Source of the DNA: a virus
Lineage: Duplodnaviria; Caudoviricetes
IMG/VR virus record: IMGVR_UViG_3300013125_000852
Location: 1 to 31,308 of that record
Length of the DNA: 31,308 nucleotides
Strand: one strand, 5' to 3'
The notes under the pieces are model-generated. The model saw only the letters and a list, made by a program, of their open reading frames with translations. It did not search any database and was not told the DNA's origin. This document shows, piece after piece, positions 27,277-31,308 of the stretch (position 1 is the stretch's first letter; every line of letters begins with the position of its first letter). The translations under genes and the position numbers were made by a program.

Positions 27277-27471
27277 CCCTCACCCCAACCCTCTCCCAGA
27301 GGGCGAGGGGGTTTTGATCGTTATTGCTGCCGGGGTGCGGAAGTCATTTTCAAATTGAAAATGACTTCCGCATGCTTGCTCAGCGCCCCAGGGCCGAATC
27401 ACCGGCAAATACACAAAAGTCTTTGGGAGGGGGCCGCGGGGGAAGACCTTTCTACAGAAAGGGCTCCCCCG
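27277..27471. repeat. Composite cassette B-H-(A remnant)-F
   Basis: B 27277-27309; H 27336-27372; GGGCCGAATCACCGGCAA; F 27438-27470. Confidence 0.85.
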
Positions 27472-27472
27472 C

Positions 27473-28078
27473 TTACACTCCTATCTGCAAATCGAACTCT
27501 CTTATGCCGAGCGCCTGGAATGCAGCCTGGCGTTCAACCCACACGTTCGAGACTCGATACCGGACCGCAGTCCGGTAGAACGGCTTTTCAAGCTCATCCA
27601 GGTCCTCCGGGCTGCCTGTGCTGATCATCAGCGGAGCTCCGAATTTGTTGCCGTCGATCTGCAACCGAAACGGCACCGGAAATGCTTCGAGAAGCATCAG
27701 GAACAGCGCGGTGTCCTGATCGTCCGCCACGCTGTAGCAGTCCACCTGGTAGAAGAGCTCCAGGGGGATCGGCCACCATTTCCATTCCCAGGACGCCGGG
27801 CCAATGAACTCCCCGCCGCCGAATTCAGTCTCGGGAATGGTCACCGTGACCTGCTCGTCAGACGGCGTGAAATACTCGAGATGGTTCCGGCAGGCATCCA
27901 AATCGATTCGAGCTTTCATGTATCGAGACAGACTGATGCACGGCGGAATCATCTCGCCTTTCTCACGATCCGGGCCAAGGCCGTGAATGGGCATCGGCTG
28001 AACTACCGGCGGGACGCCGGCGCTACATTTGATTCGGCCGAGCCGGTCCAGAATATATGCATCAACCAGTTTGATCAT
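27473..28078 (-). CDS. Tail terminator / sheath cap (Pvc16/gp15-like)
   Basis: PCIS and PIPLELFYQVDCYS motifs; lies just upstream of the sheath region. Confidence 0.65.
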   Translation of the reverse strand: MIKLVDAYILDRLGRIKCSAGVPPVVQPMPIHGLGPDREKGEMIPPCISLSRYMKARIDLDACRNHLEYFTPSDEQVTVTIPETEFGGGEFIGPASWEWKWWPIPLELFYQVDCYSVADDQDTALFLMLLEAFPVPFRLQIDGNKFGAPLMISTGSPEDLDELEKPFYRTAVRYRVSNVWVERQAAFQALGIREFDLQIGV

Positions 28079-28089
28079 GATTCCTCTGT

Positions 28090-28144
28090 GTGGGGCAGGC
28101 TTTCTAGCCTGCCTTCACCTGCCAGGCTGGAAAGCCTGGCCCAC
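28090..28144. repeat. Inverted pair of family-E elements (GTGGG-CAGGCTTTC-AGCCTG)
   Basis: 28090-28113 and 28122-28144; the same arrangement recurs at 29373-29426. Confidence 0.8.
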
Positions 28145-28146
28145 AT

Positions 28147-28713
28147 TCATTTGAATGTCTTCTCCACCGCTTCCTGATAGATCGACACTACCCGGGGCGC
28201 AGTCTCTGTCTCGGTCGGCGCCATGAACGGCCGTGCAGGGATTTTCCGTTTCGACGAACCGAACTCATGCACCGCTGCAATGTTTGTCTCGCCGGCTTTG
28301 CGGATCACGGTGACGGCCCCGCGGTCCCATTGTTTTGTCCGATATCGGATGCCCGATATCAGCTTTCCGGTGTCGATCAGGAGCTGATTGCCTCCGGCAG
28401 CCAGCCTAAGCGCCAAATCGCCCTTGCTCTCTGTAGCGCCAAACCCGAGGCCCCTTTCGGCCAGCCTCCCGCTTAGTTTGGCCCTGGACATGCGCCTGAG
28501 TTTCCCCGCGGTTTTGAGCATCTTTCTGATCCGGTATTTCTCGCTGAGTGGCGGCCACCCCAAATCCTGGCTCTCGATATGTTTCACGGCCGTGGTCTCG
28601 ATCAAATGCCCGATCTGATCCGTGGCTTCACGGACATTGGCCTTGAACCGTTCGCCAATGCCGGCAAACATCCGTTCTAGCTTCGCCCAGTCGCCGTATT
28701 TCTCAGCGCCCAT
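28147..28713 (-). CDS. Virion morphogenesis / tail completion protein (Mu gpG / HK97 gp10-like)
   Basis: WPPLSEKY..RK, LIDTGKL..I and AAVHEFG...IPARPF motifs. Confidence 0.85.
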   Translation of the reverse strand: MGAEKYGDWAKLERMFAGIGERFKANVREATDQIGHLIETTAVKHIESQDLGWPPLSEKYRIRKMLKTAGKLRRMSRAKLSGRLAERGLGFGATESKGDLALRLAAGGNQLLIDTGKLISGIRYRTKQWDRGAVTVIRKAGETNIAAVHEFGSSKRKIPARPFMAPTETETAPRVVSIYQEAVEKTFK

Positions 28714-28724
28714 CGGAAATCCTT

Positions 28725-28825
28725 AACCGCAGATTGTAGGGGCGACCGGCGGTCGCCCTGGGCGCATGCCATGCGCCCCTACATCATTCCGGAAAAATCT
28801 GCGGCCATCTGCGAAATCTGTGGTT
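28725..28825. repeat. D[C]D nested element
   Basis: AACCGCAGATT-[GTAGGGGCG...CGCCCCTAC 28736-28782]-AATCTGCGGCCATCTGCGAAATCTGTGGTT. Confidence 0.82.
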
Positions 28826-28939
28826 GATCTTCTCCGTCCAGGTCCTCTCCACATTTCAACGAAAGTGCGTTGCATCTCGTTTCCTACACGTTTCCTAGGT
28901 CCACGGCGTAAGAGAGGGCGGGCGACCGGCCGCGGCGCT

Positions 28940-29359
28940 CTAATCGCCGTAGGTGAATTCCGTGGCCGGGGCCGACTTGTTCAGCTCGACCGCGCGTCTC
29001 AGAATGACCTCCACCTGGTTATGGATGCCCGCTATGGGCACGGTGTGGTCCTTGATGACCTCATCAACCACCAGGTCCCACCGTTCATTCCCGATCAGGA
29101 AATGATCCGAAGCCTCCACCGCAGTCCCGGCTGCATCCAGGTCCCGTTTCAACAGAGTCAGCCGCCGAATGCGCTGGTCCCGGATGCCTGCATGGTCCAC
29201 CAGCAGGCCCTGATCGGTCGCGGGGTCGATGTCCTCCATCATCCCGACCAGATCGTGCTCCGCGCCGGTGGCCTTCACCAGCGTCACTGCATCGCCGGCC
29301 AGAAGGTCATGGACCTCATCCAGCGCCTCTGAGATTTCCTGTTTTTCGGTCGGGTCCAT
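28940..29359 (-). CDS. Head closure / head-tail joining protein
   Basis: Size, synteny and DHFLIGNERW beta-barrel-like pattern. Confidence 0.6.
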   Translation of the reverse strand: MDPTEKQEISEALDEVHDLLAGDAVTLVKATGAEHDLVGMMEDIDPATDQGLLVDHAGIRDQRIRRLTLLKRDLDAAGTAVEASDHFLIGNERWDLVVDEVIKDHTVPIAGIHNQVEVILRRAVELNKSAPATEFTYGD

Positions 29360-29372
29360 TTCACTGCCTATT

Positions 29373-29426
29373 GTGGGCCAGGCTTTCTAGCCTGGCGTTT
29401 GCGGAAGGCTGGAAAGCCTGCCCCAC
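29373..29426. repeat. Inverted pair of family-E elements
   Basis: GTGGGCCAGGCTTTCTAGCCTGGC...AGGCTGGAAAGCCTGCCCCAC. Confidence 0.8.
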
Positions 29427-29433
29427 ATCAATG

Positions 29434-29841
29434 TCAATCTATCCGCACGATGCGCGGCTTCGGATATCCAGGCGGCAACGGCCGGTCCAGATCTTCCGGC
29501 GCGGCCTCTTTTGCGGCCAGCTTCACCTGGTTCTTGAGCTGCTCCTGCAGCGCTTTCAGAAACTCGATCGCAGCCTCATATTCCGCTTCGGATGCTCCGC
29601 CCTTCGCTCGTTTGAGCCGTTTGGCCTGGCTGAAGGTCAACAGGAGGCGGGGAATGAGCGCCTGCGTCGCGAGAACCGAGATATAGACCTTCTGCTGTTC
29701 GGTGATCGTGGCTGCTCCGTATTGCTGGAGCTCCATCTGAGCTTCCACCTGCCGGGTGATGATCGCATCCGTCAGCGTGGGATCGAGCGCCAGCACCGCG
29801 TCGAGCTGGTCTTTCACGAGTTGCACTGCATCAACAGCCAT
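29434..29841 (-). CDS. Head-tail adaptor (neck) protein
   Basis: Helical 135-aa protein with KRAKGGASEAEY beta-hairpin-like motif; synteny after the capsid gene. Confidence 0.6.
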   Translation of the reverse strand: MAVDAVQLVKDQLDAVLALDPTLTDAIITRQVEAQMELQQYGAATITEQQKVYISVLATQALIPRLLLTFSQAKRLKRAKGGASEAEYEAAIEFLKALQEQLKNQVKLAAKEAAPEDLDRPLPPGYPKPRIVRID

Positions 29842-29853
29842 CGAAATCCTCTA

Positions 29854-29981
29854 CCGGCAAGATGCCAGCGCTACGAATACAATCCCGATCCGCAGATTTC
29901 ACAGATTTGCTGTAGGGGCGCATGGCGTGCGCCCCAGGGCGACCACCGGTCGCCCCTACATAATCGGCGTAATCTGCGGTT
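29854..29981. repeat. A + D[C]D nested element
   Basis: A 29854-29874; D 29888-29908; C 29912-29959; D 29961-29981. Confidence 0.85.
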
Positions 29982-30525
29982 ATTTCTTCCTCTTTTCATG
30001 TTCCCGCTGCCATTCCGCGACAGCGATCTGCACCGCGATATTGTGCTCGCTGGTGCGGCTCTTGACATTGAGGCCCAGCCTCTTGGCCCTGGCGCGGAGC
30101 TGCGCCACGGTATTCTCCTGTTTGAGCGTCTCGACCCGGCGCTCGATCACAATGTCTCGGGCCGCGGCCAATGCTTCGGGCGTGGTGGGCAGAGATGCCG
30201 CAGCGCCGGCGTCTTGCCGGTCTTCTTGCATCTCTGCCTCATGCGCCACGGCGCCCGGGTCCGCAGACTCCGCTGGCGCTGCCGGACTTACGTCCGGGTC
30301 CTTCTCGCTCCCTCTCCCCTCGCGGGAGAGGGACGGGGTGAGGGACGCATCCGCGGGCGGATCGGCGTAGATCAGGCTGCGAGTGTCCAGCCGCTGAGCC
30401 GTCAGGCTCCCGGCCGGCACGACTTCCGGAAGCTGCTTTATCTCTCCCGGTCGAATGTGGAACCCCAGTTCCCGGTCATAATGCTGGCCGTGCTCCGACG
30501 CCAGCTTTACCCATTTCCGTTCCAT
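29980..30525 (-). CDS. Post-capsid accessory protein with low-complexity linker and Rho-N/HeH-like C-terminus; two in-frame repeats
   Basis: TVAQLRARAKRLGLNVK motif; repeats at 30200-30220 and 30310-30344. Confidence 0.65.
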   Translation of the reverse strand: MERKWVKLASEHGQHYDRELGFHIRPGEIKQLPEVVPAGSLTAQRLDTRSLIYADPPADASLTPSLSREGRGSEKDPDVSPAAPAESADPGAVAHEAEMQEDRQDAGAAASLPTTPEALAAARDIVIERRVETLKQENTVAQLRARAKRLGLNVKSRTSEHNIAVQIAVAEWQREHEKRKK

Positions 30526-30601
30526 TTCAGTACCCCTACCGGCGGGACGCCGGCGCTACGCCCCCACCCTCCCTCTTCCGCAAGGGGAGAGGGTGATGGC
30601 A

Positions 30602-31308
30602 TTAAGGCCTATGCTGACCGAGTTCGAACCAGGTCGGTATTCCATAGGAAGCTCCGGCCTCTCCGCGAGCCTGCGTCTCATCGATGCCGAGGCAGCTCTT
30701 TTCGCCCGTTTTCTCGAATACCGAGCTCTCCACGAATGTGATGATCTGCGAATACGTCCGGATATCGTCATCGTTCATGACGTGGAACGGGATCGAGACC
30801 CGCTCCCGCACGCAATTGCGGGTATCAACCATGATCGTCTGATGGTCCGGGACTGATGCGGACACGAACCGATCCGGCACCGGTTCCGGGGTCTGGCGCA
30901 GCGGCGCAAGCGCGACGCCCAGGTCGAGATATGGTTTGAACTCGTTGATAGATCCGACGGTCACGGCCATCGACCGCGGATACAGCAACGTGTTCCAGTT
31001 CTGGCCGATCTGGTCCCCGAGCGCCCACGGTTCAACGAAGTCCACATAAGCCAGGCCCGTTTCGGTGGCTGCGACGCCTATGATCGGGCAGGAATCGGCC
31101 CCCGTGGAAAGGCTGCCATTGACTATCGCTGCCACGCATGCCAGGTCCTTGGTGACCTGCTGAATGCGTCCCGCTTCAACGAGGTACGGTTCAATTATGG
31201 GGACGGGGCTGAACCGAAGAAATTCATTGGACATCTCCAGACCCCAGGCCACTTTTTTCCAGGCGATCGATTCATCCCCATGGAACAATTTGGCCGTGGG
31301 AATGGTCG
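30602..31308 (-). CDS. Major capsid protein (5' end outside the window)
   Basis: Frame is open to the window edge (TIPTAKLFHGDESIAWKKVAWGLEMSNE...). HK97-fold-like K-x-x-x-G-x-E-x-S-x-E pattern and IVNGS...PIIGV; lies upstream of the neck genes. Confidence 0.72.
   Translation of the reverse strand, partial: TIPTAKLFHGDESIAWKKVAWGLEMSNEFLRFSPVPIIEPYLVEAGRIQQVTKDLACVAAIVNGSLSTGADSCPIIGVAATETGLAYVDFVEPWALGDQIGQNWNTLLYPRSMAVTVGSINEFKPYLDLGVALAPLRQTPEPVPDRFVSASVPDHQTIMVDTRNCVRERVSIPFHVMNDDDIRTYSQIITFVESSVFEKTGEKSCLGIDETQARGEAGASYGIPTWFELGQHRP

Larger units (their letters stand above)
1518..31308 (-). mobile_element. Prophage with contractile tail, probably transposable (Mu-like end organisation); continues beyond the window
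   Basis: Co-oriented capsid-neck-sheath-tube-TMP-baseplate-fibre genes, terminal com/methylase pair, and tandem end repeats at a junction that truncates a host gene. Confidence 0.88.

Noticed and set aside
7984-28078. Stand-alone eCIS or tailocin
   Set aside because: Capsid-like and neck genes are present upstream, and no Afp15-like ATPase or effector is seen.
29371-30741. 456-aa + strand ORF and other long antisense ORFs (e.g. 25707-26798, 18109-18987, 7792-8529)
   Set aside because: Shadows of GC-rich minus-strand genes and translated palindromes; no recognisable motifs.

Overview
Bases 1-1517 are host chromosome: a cysteine synthase gene and the 3' remnant of a convergent small membrane or periplasmic gene. 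Bases ~1518-31308 are the late half of a prophage read on the minus strand. In transcription order it encodes a major capsid protein (cut by the window edge), neck/head-tail proteins, a contractile sheath, a T4 gp19-like tube, chaperones, a tape measure protein, an eCIS/T4-style baseplate, a DUF4815-like giant protein and tail fibres. It ends with a Mu-like Com zinc finger overlapping a Dam-family methylase that lacks its DPPY motif, then two 18-bp repeats at 22-bp period that look like a transposable-phage end inserted into the host gene. The most striking unexplained feature is that nearly every non-overlapping gene junction from ~2700 onward is filled with short palindromic repeats from about seven families. 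These are nested, recombined and arranged in recurring composite cassettes. At least ten copies sit in frame inside phage proteins, and no mobilising enzyme is encoded in the window. All protein calls come from motif recognition and synteny; no database search was run.
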